DNA of 60,988 nucleotides, the filler included, from Sphacelaria rigidula (lineage: Eukaryota), in NCBI GenBank assembly GCA_964200075.2. It is 4 parts of 4 records of this genome, joined end to end, with 100 filler letters (N's around TTAATTAATTAA, not from the genome) between each part and the next. Parts side by side here need not be neighbours in the genome. Positions count along the whole stretch, not along the records: positions 1 to 15,176 come from CAXNAA020001876.1; positions 15,277 to 30,450 come from CAXNAA020001877.1; 2 more parts are not named here. One strand, 5' to 3'. Each line of letters begins with the position of its first letter. The first letter of the stretch is position 1. Below are positions 13,844 through 25,421 of this stretch, one piece after another. The translations under genes were made by a program, and so were the position numbers. Under the pieces are notes generated by a model. The model was given only the letters and a program-made list of their open reading frames with translations. It was not told the DNA's origin and ran no database searches.

Positions 13844-14512
13844 GAATGTTGAAGTGGGGCGTAGTCAAGGTTCTGGGATATCTCAACCCGGTACTTGTTG
13901 TACTTGTTGGGTGTCCAGTATTTTTCGTTTCTTTTGCTGGCTCGCCGACACTAAACGATGTCTCCAACACGAGCTCGTAGCCTGAAGCCAAGTTCAATAC
14001 CCTTGGCACAAGTACCCCACGATTGCGCCAGGTGATCTGCATGGTAAACCATCCAGGCGTCCCACGATCGTATATTCTATTTTACCCTCCCGCTGTACTG
14101 GTTACTTTTTCTTCCTAGGAGGTCATTTTCACCGTGGAAGGTTCAAAGACGGCTTGCATAACACAAAGCCTTGACTCACACATCGGGACGTCTCGTAGGT
14201 CACCTCCTCACCTCCTCCCCTTCTATGTACGGTTCACCCTGGGTCACTACTCCACTAGTGCTCCCGAGTAGGCCTTCACTGCCGAAAGCTTGGCCAACGA
14301 TTCCTCCGTATTGTGTACCGGCCTCTATCCTTCAACATCTCACCAAGACATGCGCGTACCGCTTGGTTCTGCTCTTCTTTGGTCATGTGGTCGGTCATCG
14401 GCGAGGTGTTTGTTTCTATGAGTGCAGTAGGTCTGCACGGTTTTGTCGTGCATCATCCATCCTTTCCCTTTATGTGACGCCTGTGCATCTAATGTCGGAG
14501 ATTTTAGGATAC

Positions 14513-14865
14513 TGTGTGTGTGTTGTCGTCCCCATCTATTCTGGGCGCCGGTCTACACCTTTCGGTATGTGTGGGCGCACCAGCCAGGGTCACACAGTAG
14601 GAAGGTCGGCGCAGGAGCTTTTTCTTTTACATTTGTTTTTAGTACTCCACCGTCCTTCTGCGGTGCTTCCCTTTATTTTTTATCGCGAGAGGGGTTCAGC
14701 AGTCCCTTTCCCTCGTCGACCGTTCAGTCGAATTTTGTGTACTCACGACATAGTCGATCTCCACTTTTGGGCATGATGTGAGAAAAATCACGGAACGCTC
14801 CGAGAAATGAACCCACGACCCAACCGTCAGAAGGTTCAAGGTTACCCACTGAGCCACCGGGGCGA
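14513..14865 (-). mobile_element. tRNA-derived SINE with (CA)n tail
   Basis: Minus-strand head TCGCCCCGGTGGCTCAGTGG (A box)...GGGTTC (B-box-like); body shared with 29324-29941 and 45651-45721. Confidence 0.8.
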
Positions 14866-15098
14866 ACAGACCTGTCTGAACAGAATTCCACCGCCTACTG
14901 GAAATCGGTACAGTCTTCCGGATATCTCACCACGAGACCAACCTTCATGTGAATTTCACATGTCGGGGTGACCTTAATATATTTGTACTTGAATATTTCT
15001 GTGTTTTCATTCTAAACATAATGTGGTCGGCCTTCAAGCTATTACTAGCATGTCTGGGTTTTGGCTTTGTTTTATGCCGTACCTCTGTTGTGATATAG

Positions 15099-15170
15099 TG
15101 TACTCATGATTATGCATGTCATAGTCATAAGATCATTGACCACGCATCCCTTTTGAGACGGAGCACCGTG
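15099..15170 (-). mobile_element. Short LINE 3'-end fragment
   Basis: tgtactcatgattatgc...cattgaccacgcatccc..gagacggagcaccg, followed by a G-run at the contig end. Confidence 0.7.
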
Positions 15171-15176
15171 GGGGGG

Positions 15177-15276
15177 NNNNNNNNNNNNNNNNNNNNNNNN
15201 NNNNNNNNNNNNNNNNNNNNTTAATTAATTAANNNNNNNNNNNNNNNNNNNNNNNNNNNNNNNNNNNNNNNNNNNN
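15177..15276. other. Artificial contig spacer (N44-TTAATTAATTAA-N44)
   Basis: 100-nt linker with stops in all six frames; identical at 30451 and 45722. Confidence 0.98.
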
Positions 15277-16105
15277 ACGGACCAAGTGAGATGCTCATCA
15301 TCCCCTCGGACAAGACAACCCGCCGTCATGGGAACCAGTACCACGGCACAGTGGCACCGACAAACCTCTCGATATATAGGACAGCTACAACCAATCAAGA
15401 GTGGCGGGCGCGACCATCATGGCGATTTGGGAGGGATAAACTGAACGCAACGCATCATGGAAACGGGGTCAGGCTTTCTCAGGTTTCGAGACACCGATAG
15501 CGTCATAGCACGGGTCTTAACACCGGCTGATCCAAAACACGGACCAAGTGAGATGCTCATCATCCCCTCGGACAAGACAACCCGCCGTCATGGGAACCAG
15601 TACCACGGCACAGTGGCACTGACAAACCTCTCGATATATAGGACAGCTACAACCAATCAAGAGTGGCGGGCGCGACCATCATGGTACCCCATATGGGAGG
15701 GATAAACTGAACGCAACACATCATGGAAACGGGGTCAGGCTTTCTCAGGTTTCGAGACACCGATAGCGTCATAGCACGGGTCTTACACCGGCTGATCCAA
15801 AACACGGACCAAGTGAGATGCTCATCATCCCCTCGGACAAGGCGACCCATCGCCGCCGGAGACACTGCCAGGGTAAGCAATTAGACGGCAACGAACCCCT
15901 CGATATCATGAACAGCGACGACTGACGACAGGTGGCGGGCTATAGACTATTTCAGGACATCTCGGGGGGATTGTATGAACGAGACGCATCTTGGAAACGA
16001 GGTCAGATTTTCTCGGATTTCGAGACACCGATAGCGTCATAGCACGGGTCTTACACCGGCTGATCCAAAACACGGACCAAGTGAGATGCTTTTCATCCCT
16101 CATCC
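15277..16105. repeat. Intronic tandem array, unit about 262-268 bp, at least 3 units
   Basis: acggaccaagtgagatgct recurs at 15277, 15539, 15804 and 16072. Confidence 0.9.
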
Positions 16106-16205
16106 TCAGCCACCGCTCATCAGTGTACGAGTATTTCGTTGGTACCACCGAAAGGATCGTCAATGAGAGTGTTTCCACGCGTGCCAAGAGAACACGGGAA
16201 CCAAC

Positions 16206-19200
16206 CTGTCGAGTTCCCGCCATCCTAATCTCCGCGCTTCGTTTCTCATCATCGGTATCCCCGGAGCTGTCGACGTCATTCCGCACTGGGGGCAACCACA
16301 GAAAAGCACGAGGATCATCGAATCTGGAAAAATATTTCGAGATGCGTGGGTTACTCGCAGTATTCTTTTGGTTAGAGGCTGCGCGAAGAGACCGGGCACT
16401 TTGGTCATGAGGAGCGAGTCGGACTTGAACCCCATGTCACGGGGTTGGGTCACTTGCGGCAAGCGGTACGCATGTCTGGTCCATCAGTGGCCCACGTACA
16501 TGGGCATCGATACTTCTGCAGGCAAGTTCACGCCGCAATATACAGATCCAAATCTACGAGGGTCTCAATTAGTCGCACCTCTATAAGCCACGTCGAGGTA
16601 GGCGTCCGTGAGAGGCTTCACGATCCGCTTGGTGACACGCGATATGAGCAGTGGCGGCCAGTGCGGGTACGCCATCAGACGAACCAGAGACTTTGCATGC
16701 TCCTCTCCGTTCTTGTCCGATAGATGTTCGATGTAGCTGAAAGTACCGGAACGGGGAGTGGGAACGATAATCCGCGGACAGGATGATGGGGGATGACGGA
16801 AAGAAAGTGAAAAGTCAGAGACGGGGACGCTTGCCCAAAGTACGCTGCTGCGATCAACAACAGAGACATATTTCTTGCGAACTATCCTGACACGACGAAT
16901 GTTTCCTAGCTTGGCACCCGCGTGAAAAGCTCCTTGCTGTTGAAATATCCCTGTGCCCCACGCGTTGGCGGTCTCGAGGTCATCAACTCACCACTTTCGT
17001 CGTTCGACCCCGTTGGGCATCAGGGAATCGGGTCAACTGTCGTCAAACGAACTCCCACGTGCCAACAGCTTTCGTCTAGTGCCCGTCGTTTACATGGTTG
17101 CAATGCGTACAAGTCAACAAGAATATGCCCCAGGTTCGAACCCACTGTACAATCCCCTTTTGACTGCAACTGTTGACCAACCACGTCTTGTACGGGACAT
17201 GGCACCCTGTTCTTGCATTTCCCATGCCCCACGTTTTCCGCCCGTCCATAGCTAAAAAGTAATCACCACAACCCGAAGAACTGGTTTTAACGGACGCCCC
17301 CACCCGCTTCCCCTCATACATCCCGCACCTGTCAAGTAAAAGCCACAAAAAGGCGAAAGCGTCGAACTTGTGGGCGAGACCCGCCAGCACTTCAGGTAGA
17401 GACTCCGTAGCGGACAGTCTGTGAAACGCGGCTAATGGTAGAGCCAAGTGCATCATCGTCGATTTTGATTCCTTGGATGCCGGCTCCTTCTTGGAGACGA
17501 AGCCAATTTGGGACTTCCATCACGTGAAGACCGATCGGATACAAGAGCAAAAACGGATGGGGAAGCACTGATTATTTTCCGAGCATATGTTAGGCGTCAG
17601 GTTGAGTATCCCTCACGCATGCCTTGAGGAAATCATGATGCATCACATGTTCTGAATTTTCCTCCGGAAGATGTCAAGGGGGTGTTTGTTCTTGGACTCC
17701 ATGTATTCGTGTTCTCCTGACTGTCCAGGTGCTCCAGACCCACCATGAGGGAAGAAGAATCATTACGGGAGGACGCTTTGTGAGTAGCCTTGAAAGACGG
17801 TTTTATCAAATCCCGCTCGAAGAGCACACCAGGGAAAACAATCATGTCTCAGGAGATCTTCACATGAAGAGCGGACGTCCACTCCGAGAAGTTCAGGCGG
17901 AAATAGTTTCAAACGTCATTGTCAGAAGAGACCCATGCGTCTTGACCTACACACGGACACCTCACATCTGGTATAACATTCCGTCATCGCGAATATGCAG
18001 CGTCAGCAAGAGCTACTCGTACTTGAGAACGGTACTCGCTTGTTCATTGTTCCCATCATGCTGGGCCTCAGTGCATCAGATTCTAAACTTCGAGATCACG
18101 CAACAGCCACTACAGCTGCAGTCATTTGACACGCATGAATATATTTGTAAGGATTTCGTCATCTGCACCGGTGGGAAGAAATCACGTTTGATGGGGTGTC
18201 ACACGGGATCAGATCTATCGTCTACTGCTTGCGCCCGACTCATTTCAATGTAAAATTTGGTATGAAGAATCGGTAGGGCACATTAATAAAAAACCCTCAC
18301 CCTGAGATTTTTTTCAACTTTTTAATGAAGTAAGGGCAAAAACCAAGATCCAGTTTTCACGAAAAGGGTCCTAGCTCATGAAAGTATAACACCCATGATG
18401 GCCGATTCCTTTTTCACGCGAGTCTGAAACATGCACTCGTGACTCTTGTGGGCTGCAACTTGCAGAAATGAAACTTCTTTCATAAGGTACAAATATGTGA
18501 AATTTCGGGGACAAATAAATCACGGCAAATATTCCCGATAGCTTTCGCCTCTTCCTCGCATGTCCCAAAATATTCGTGACGCTGTGCCACGGAGCGGACG
18601 TGCAACAGTACCTGAACAACCGCCAGCGCGCAGAGTAGGGAGGGCTCCAGTCTTCCCTGGCAGGGCTTGCAAATGAGAGCTTCTAGAGCAGCGCTCGTCA
18701 CGTCAGGCGCAAGTGGGCCCTTGCCTGATAACGCAGAGAGAATCATGTAGGAAGCCATCTGCAGATTCAATCATCCGTGAAGCACACAAGTAAGAAAAGG
18801 TCTTGTGTTTATATCGGTGAGACACTGGCTCAACAGGCTGCGGTGTGCTTACTTCAAAGAGTCCGTCCTCCACAATATGGAGATTTCCGTCCCTTTTTCG
18901 GTGCTTGCCTTGAATTCCCAGTAATCCTGGGAACACGGAATCCCTGTCAAGCCAATCCATCAAGGGTCGGACAAATAATGATTCGTCCATCTATTCGGTA
19001 ATAATATAATTGATTTGACTCGTGATCAATCAGTCCACACTAGTTGTTTTCAGTGTTGCAACCCAGGTACACGCAGCCCTAACGTGTTATGGAGCAAAAG
19101 TTGCGTGGATACCCCTTGGACCAGCGGTAAACTTTCTCCCTTTTGAGCAGTCACGCGAAGAAATCGTGGATCTAGTCACTCCTTGTCGTGATGATTCGTC

Positions 19201-22200
19201 CCAACTGTGCGACCTATGATGAGGGATCGACTTGCCTTGACTTGAGTAGCTGCCACGGGAGCAAGAACCCTTCCGGAATCACGATAGCACACCCGTAACG
19301 TGATCACTTCGGTAGCGGCACCGCTGCCCCCACGAGTACTGACAACCGGGATTGTTTTCGAAGCACTTGTGAACAATCAAAACTTGTGCATCACACCAAC
19401 GCAGAGATGGGCACACCCGAGGATCGCAGTCACACCAGCGGGGGCGATCTGTCGACACATCAACAGGTCATAGCCCTGAACTCGTCGTACCTGATACTCC
19501 GGTGATCGCGTCGAAGTAAGCCCGTGGACAACGTCGGGAACCAGGGCCCTCAACAACGACTCGTTCGTGGAACTCAGGGACCCTAACGCTTCGATGACTA
19601 CCGCCGCGTAGAATGAGAATAATTTTGCTCGTCCAGAAGCGGTGACAGAGCTCGCGACGGGAGTCGAGGATACATCTCCGGACTCATCCTGTGCGGAAGG
19701 AGAGTTCCCAGAGGCTGCGGCAGCTTTCGCTGATCGTCGCGCCGACATGCACAAGAACCTCAGTAGACCGTAATCTCGGCTGCATCGTCGCGCAATCGCT
19801 TCGCGGGGTAACGGTGAGCCGGTTCTTTGCACCGGCTCCAAGAAATCCCACCTGTTATAAAACATTGAAAAGGGTAGGTGCCCGTTTGGCGTGAAGGTAA
19901 GGCACCGTCATATCTTCGACTGCCCCATAGAAACTGCGGGTATTACACCCCTGACATGGGGGTACGGAGACCAATGTTTCGATGAGATTAGGTGTGGGGC
20001 GGTGAGAAGTCCAGTTTGGGCCGACATATCAAGAGTCCCGGCTGTAGCACGAACATCATCTCATCAACGCGATATCCCTGACGTGGACGTATTTCACGAC
20101 AAGAGCTCAGTGGGCGTGACGATCGAGTGCAATTGGAGGACGAGGGAAAGCAGGAATTCTCTTTGGCAACGACCATATGATCCTCACAGGGTATGAAGCG
20201 AAGTGAGCATATCCGGCAAGCGGACGAGCGACTCACTTCGTGCCTTTGATGTTCAGCAGCTGCACCATGCGCGCGAAGGCGACCGTATCGTGCCAAGGTA
20301 AGCAGCACTCCACCACTGCATCCACGTTATACTGGTAGATCTGTGGAACACGGGAAAAAAAATTAGCCACACCCGGGTTTGACAAGTCGAAAGCAATAGT
20401 GGGTGAGGTTCCGGGAGTAAGTTAGTGACACGAGTTCGGCGAGATCATCTCGCACAAGAGTACAGCAATAGCATCTCAGTGATTAGGCAGCGTTGGAAAA
20501 CAACCGTGATATGTATCGTTGCGTGGGACAAAGAATTGATCAGTGTCGAACACTTCTCTAGGTGATCTGTTCGCAGGTCACGGCGGGCGGGCCAGTTTGC
20601 TCGGTTGCCGTTCGAGACGAATTAGACATGCACAACATCCTGACATCACCATTCGCATCGGCTGGCTCCAAGTTTCCGAGAAATCAATGGAGACGGCCAA
20701 AGGTTGTGGCGACTTCCAGCATCGATCTCGATAGGTCAAGAACCGAGGAAAACTCTCATCACCTTACAATTTGATCAAGCACCGGCCTAGACGTTCACCT
20801 TGTAGTGTCTGATGAGGTACTCCAAGCAAAGATGCGCTTCTTTCGAGTCGAAATGGGGCGAGACCAAAGCAAGGAAGGCGACGATGCTCTGGTCGATGCG
20901 CTCGTTCGTTTCTGGCGTCTGCAGATCTCGCAGTGTCGTCTCGGCTTGCTGGCTCAGAAGCGTTTCCTGGAGCGTCCATGAAAAATCCAACGGAGAAAAC
21001 GAATGCAACATAAACCACCGTCACAGGACGCTCCAACAAGTTTCATTTCCTCTTTACACCCTGTTTTCCGGGCCTCGCGAAAATATTCACCCAAGCTTTC
21101 ATTAGACCCGTGTAAGGATAATCACCACTGCCGCACGTGACACGGTGGATCGATAACGAGGTGAAGCTGACTCGCTTGTTTGAACGGAATGCACCCAGGC
21201 GCTGATTTCAGCTGTGCACAACTTCGAAAACACTGGAAAGGGGGCACGACGTAGTCTACACATTGCAAGGAAATATTGAGAAAAAATGCGCGGGCTCTGA
21301 TTGTCCGGGATCTCGGTGAGGTGACGAGACCAGGAATGCCCAGAAGCCCCCCGCTGTCAAACGGTAATCTTGCGCTGCCGTAATGGAAGACTCGGTCGTG
21401 GATGGGTTCAGTCCACGCCGAGAGGCAAAGAGGAGCGCGGTAGCCACCCTCGACAAGCTCGATCGGAGGGGTGGCATGAGGGGTATGTCATACTTCTTCA
21501 GATCGTTGGATGTTGCACATCATGGAGCATGTGAGGCCTTGCCACCACGTCGCGTAAGCTCTCTGTTCCATAATGCGTACAAGTCAACGGTGGCTTGAGT
21601 ATCGTATGTAAACCCGTTAATGCGCCATGCGCTCATCAGGGGACTTGCACTGCACCTCAGGGAACAGGGATCGATTTCCTGTGAGGTGTAAATTGCCCAC
21701 ACCAACAAATACCGCAACAAAAACCATGAAACCACTCGAGCTCCCGTTCGGCATGATCTCACGTAACGATGACGGCTTTGGCAAAGTGGCAGATAGCTCA
21801 AAAAGTGCCGACCTGCGAAGCTCACGGACAGAGAGCTAGCTACTAGTACACGCCGATAAATACTGCTGACCCCGTCCCGTATCGTCCCGTCAAGACTATG
21901 GGGTTTGTTTGGGCAGCGACGATTCCCTCAGTCCCCTAATTATGTTCTAGACATTAAAAAAAGGACGACGTTTCGTGCCGCAGAGTGGGAGCGACTCGTC
22001 GCGTGGCTTTCGGCATGTGAGTACCTGAAATGGGGAGAAGCCCGGATCGAGCGCCTCGAGTCGCTGCAGTCCCAACACTGCAGCCTCTCGCACCGACGTG
22101 AGGTCTACATCGGCTGCCTGAACACGGACACACCGGACAGCACGCGACGACGCGAATGTATGGGATGCATAATAGATAATTGCCATCTTTCACTTGTCAA

Positions 22201-22739
22201 AAACTCTCCTTCAACGTGTGCTGGGATGTATCATCACTGCGGTCTTCTGTAGTGCACCACAGGCTCACACGCGCACCGGAACAAGAGGAAGTCCAAGTTG
22301 TCGAAATCCCACAACATCTGCTTTGCTCATGCCTTCATGGGAAAAAGATGCCAAGTTGTTGTCAATAGGACAGGTCGAATATCTCGGCAGTACTCCGTAC
22401 TACGCATCTGATGCTGACACCTCCTGTGGTGACAGGCTTGGCCGCCCAAAAATTCATTATCCAGATTTCGCCAAGTGAACAATCCACCATGAACAATGAA
22501 CAATGGCGTTTTTCATACGTATCCCGTTCGCCTTCCCGGAGGAATGCACCTGTTCGCACACTTGTGGCCCGTGACCTCACGTGGCAGCAGAGTTACTTTT
22601 GTGCTCCCCGAAGACTCACCTGTTCTGGAGTGAGCAACAAGGATGGTTTTCCCTTTTTTCGCTGTAAGTAGCCGCTAGACGTGCCTGACGACGCTTGGCG
22701 CAGGGCTGTCATCTGCTTTCGTAGTGATGTGGACGCCAT
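16206..22739 (-). CDS. HEATR1: HEAT repeat-containing protein 1 / U3 snoRNP protein UTP10, 5' part (9 exons, about 472 aa; gene runs off the contig)
   Basis: Exons 22620-22739, 22025-22117, 20799-20966, 20237-20340, 19491-19851, 18612-18758, 17329-17513, 16579-16736 and 16206-16285 are all GT-AG with consistent phases. Translation MASTSLRKQMTALRQ...KPSLLLTPEQAADVDLTSVREAAVLGLQRLEALDPGFSPFQETLLS...FLALVSPHFDSKEAHLCLEYLIRHYKIYQYNVDAVVECCLPWHDTVAFARMVQLL matches the UTP10/HEATR1 N-terminal signature (TSLxxQL...SLLF...LSPYF...CLEWLIHRF...YN...LPYH). Exons 7-9 rest mainly on splice-phase consistency. Confidence 0.92.
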
Positions 22740-23871
22740 CTTGCTCACGCGCGATAACCTGTGCATACCGGAGGAGTGTCAACGCAAGAGTTTTCGTTAC
22801 ATTGTGTGCACACTTGGTGTTCAAGCTACAGCGAGAGCATTATCCCTATCAACAGATTAACGAACACCTTGTGCTTCACGTGGCCATGAAACACACACCG
22901 ACTGTTCACGGCGAAGTGATTCGAACGAAGAAAATGCTGTACCCTCAAGTACGCGAGAGATAAGTACGCGGGCAAAAAAGGAGGTCGGTGCGACGGGACC
23001 GCTGCTGCTATTTTGCGTAGTGCATCCACATCCGTTTTCCCCTCAGGCATCATATGACGTGCCTACAACGGGCCAACCGTGTCAAAGCCGTCGTGAAGAC
23101 AGACGGGAGCTGTGTTCTTTCACGACTTCTCGTAGCATGTTGGATGCCACGCTTTTGGAAGTATGAGCTTCGGCCATCGTAGACTACTGGTTGAGTCAAC
23201 AAACATTCCCCATCCTCGGTTGGCAGATGACGCACCGCTCAGGCCATTCTTCACAAAACCAACTAAAAAGCGGGAAGGGGTGAAAAATGCCAGACAGCAT
23301 CATGCTTGCTAGTCGCCGCCAACTATGGAGCCCCTGGGGCATTCATCCACATCTCGCGTTAGGATGATGGGTTTTCATCCTCTTTCCATATGGTCTCGAT
23401 AGGACACCGACTTGATGAAACGATATGGGCCCTGCTGTTTCCACACGAGCTTCATCAATATTCGGGATATTTGAAGCAGCGAAGTGAGCAAAAAATATTT
23501 GTAGCCGACACGTTTCGAGGCAGATTTCCTTGAAGCACCTGTCAAATATAGTTGGGACGATGTCGTGATCGAAATGGCACTCTTGATCTTGGGAGGCGCG
23601 AGAGACAGTGCTTCGCTGTTGTACTTTGTACCGTCCGTGCTGTCATGTAATTTTCAAGATGCAGGACTGGTGGACTACTTTGCTGTACTCACTGAAAAGA
23701 GGTTGTGCAGTCAAATACTGGGTAGTTCACGCCAAGGAAAGCATGGGCCACAACAGAGGTAGTGCGGTACCATGTTTTGACTGCAGTACTCAAGTGGGAG
23801 GGAGCACCACCTGCAGAGTTTCATGTACTACGGCCTGGCCTTCACGACATTCGGTGCTTGGACAGTCTGTA

Positions 23872-24489
23872 CGGAGCTGGGCAAGCCGAGAGTAGGCACG
23901 AACCTCGCTCAGGCGACGCACGGCGAGATATCAGGAGTTAAAATCAAATTTTGACAGCAGCTTTCCATGATCGAAATGCAGAGGATCAGCAAAAAAACAG
24001 TAGAATCAGGATTCAACGGGGATTCGAAATTTCAGAAGAAAAAAAACTAGGTAGTGCAATAATTCCAGCAGAAAAAGGGGGATCTGCAGCTGGACTCGTG
24101 AAGTACTAGTTCCTTGGGTGCAGGAGGTGTTCCTGAAATTTCAGCTCAAGACCAGTTGAAATGGACTGTGCGTTCAACATTTTCCGTGGCGCTGCTGCAC
24201 CCCACTTATACCCAGTGCGGGGTGATTGCCGACATGAACTCCCCGAATCAAAACAAATGCACTCCGACACGCTATCGTTCAAAAATTTCAGACCCACCCT
24301 GCACTCGATGTAGTACAATAACGTCATCGGCAATACGATGCCAATCGAATAGCGACGCAGTTTTATGTCATCAAGTGGGTCAGCAGTCGACAGTAATATG
24401 CTGATATCGGGTCCATCCGAGAATCTGTGTAAGCTGTGCTGTGAGCAACTTTTAGCAGCTTCGCGCAGCTTTCAAGCTGGCCCAGCTCG
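23872..24489. mobile_element. Tc1/mariner-like non-autonomous element (CGAGCTGG TIR family)
   Basis: ta|cggagctgggcaagcc ... gctggcccagctcg|ta. Confidence 0.55.
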
Positions 24490-24799
24490 TACTGCTTTGT
24501 GACAATTCGCACGCTTGCACGCACTCGAAACACTGCTTGCGAGCAGTGCAGACAGTACAGATAGCTCTTCTATGATATCCTTCTCGACGAAACACGCACA
24601 CGCACCCGAGACACCGTTTGCAAGCAATATACACCACGTGCCGGTTCAAGAATTTGTCTCATTTGGGGTGAAAATTTGGGTTGATCCAGCTTGTGAAAAA
24701 CCAGCGATTTTCGTGAAACTCGACTCCACCGCCTCGTTTTTCCAATCGAAGAAAAGTGCATGACACGCTCTGAGATCGAATTGAAATTTTACCACAAAA

Positions 24800-25421
24800 T
24801 AGCACGGTTGGGACAAATGATCACGACTGAAAATCACCAAATTCACGGTTTCTTCGGCCTGATTGCTCAAAAGGGACAAAAACGTTAGCCCGGTCGGAGG
24901 GGTATCCACGCAACTTTTACGCCATCCCACGTGTTTGGGCTGCGTTTACCTGGGTTACAACGCTGAAATAACGCCCAGGGATTGATTTGTCACGAGTCGA
25001 ATAATGATACCTAAACCAAGTAGTTTCCAGACGAGTCATCGTTTGTCCGACCCTCGAACAATAATTTGTCGACTCCATGGACAAGGCGAAAAACGATACT
25101 GCTCCGAGCTCGGATTTTTTCTTCTCGTCCAGAATATCGGAGTGAAGTTCCCTAAAACTTTGAAAATTGGGTAGGGGCATCCCACGTTCAAGTGTGACAT
25201 CGCTGAGCCCCCGTGATCCACGTGTTCAGGCAGGCTTAGTATAAGAGGAGACGAGTTCGGATCCCGACAGATCCTTCTTCGCGCAAAATCCACCCCGGTC
25301 GTTGAGGTTATATTTTTCGTAGTACATTCTTCCATTTCCTTAAACATGTATCGCGTTGATTTCGAAAACTTGACTCATGGTGTGCATGGGATTTGCACGT
25401 TGTACACCTGGCCCCAGCTCG
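24800..25421. mobile_element. Partial copy of the CGAGCTGG TIR family
   Basis: 24927-25050 is homologous to 52789-52910; ends in ccagctcg. Confidence 0.55.

Larger units (their letters stand above)
9320..14170 (-). mobile_element. Near full-length degenerate APE-RT LINE (RTE-like), copy A
   Basis: APE start KLRIGSWNVCGF (ORF 12967-13185). RT motifs DVQKTYDTVW, VAQGCTLSSTLF and MFADDFVG (ORF 10542-11033). The 5' region is homologous to 34740-34990. Two stacked 3' ends lie at 9320-9460. The clade assignment is inference. Confidence 0.88.

Noticed and set aside
15221..15232. Periodic TTAATTAATTAA palindrome every 15.27 kb
   Set aside because: Assembly linker embedded in Ns.
15277..16105. CRISPR-like repeat/spacer array
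   Set aside because: Units are about 265 bp, two 'spacers' are near-identical, there are no cas genes, and it lies in a eukaryotic intron.
17633..17950. Extra HEATR1 exon
   Set aside because: All frames after the candidate acceptor near 17947 hit stops, and exons 6 and 7 already join in phase.
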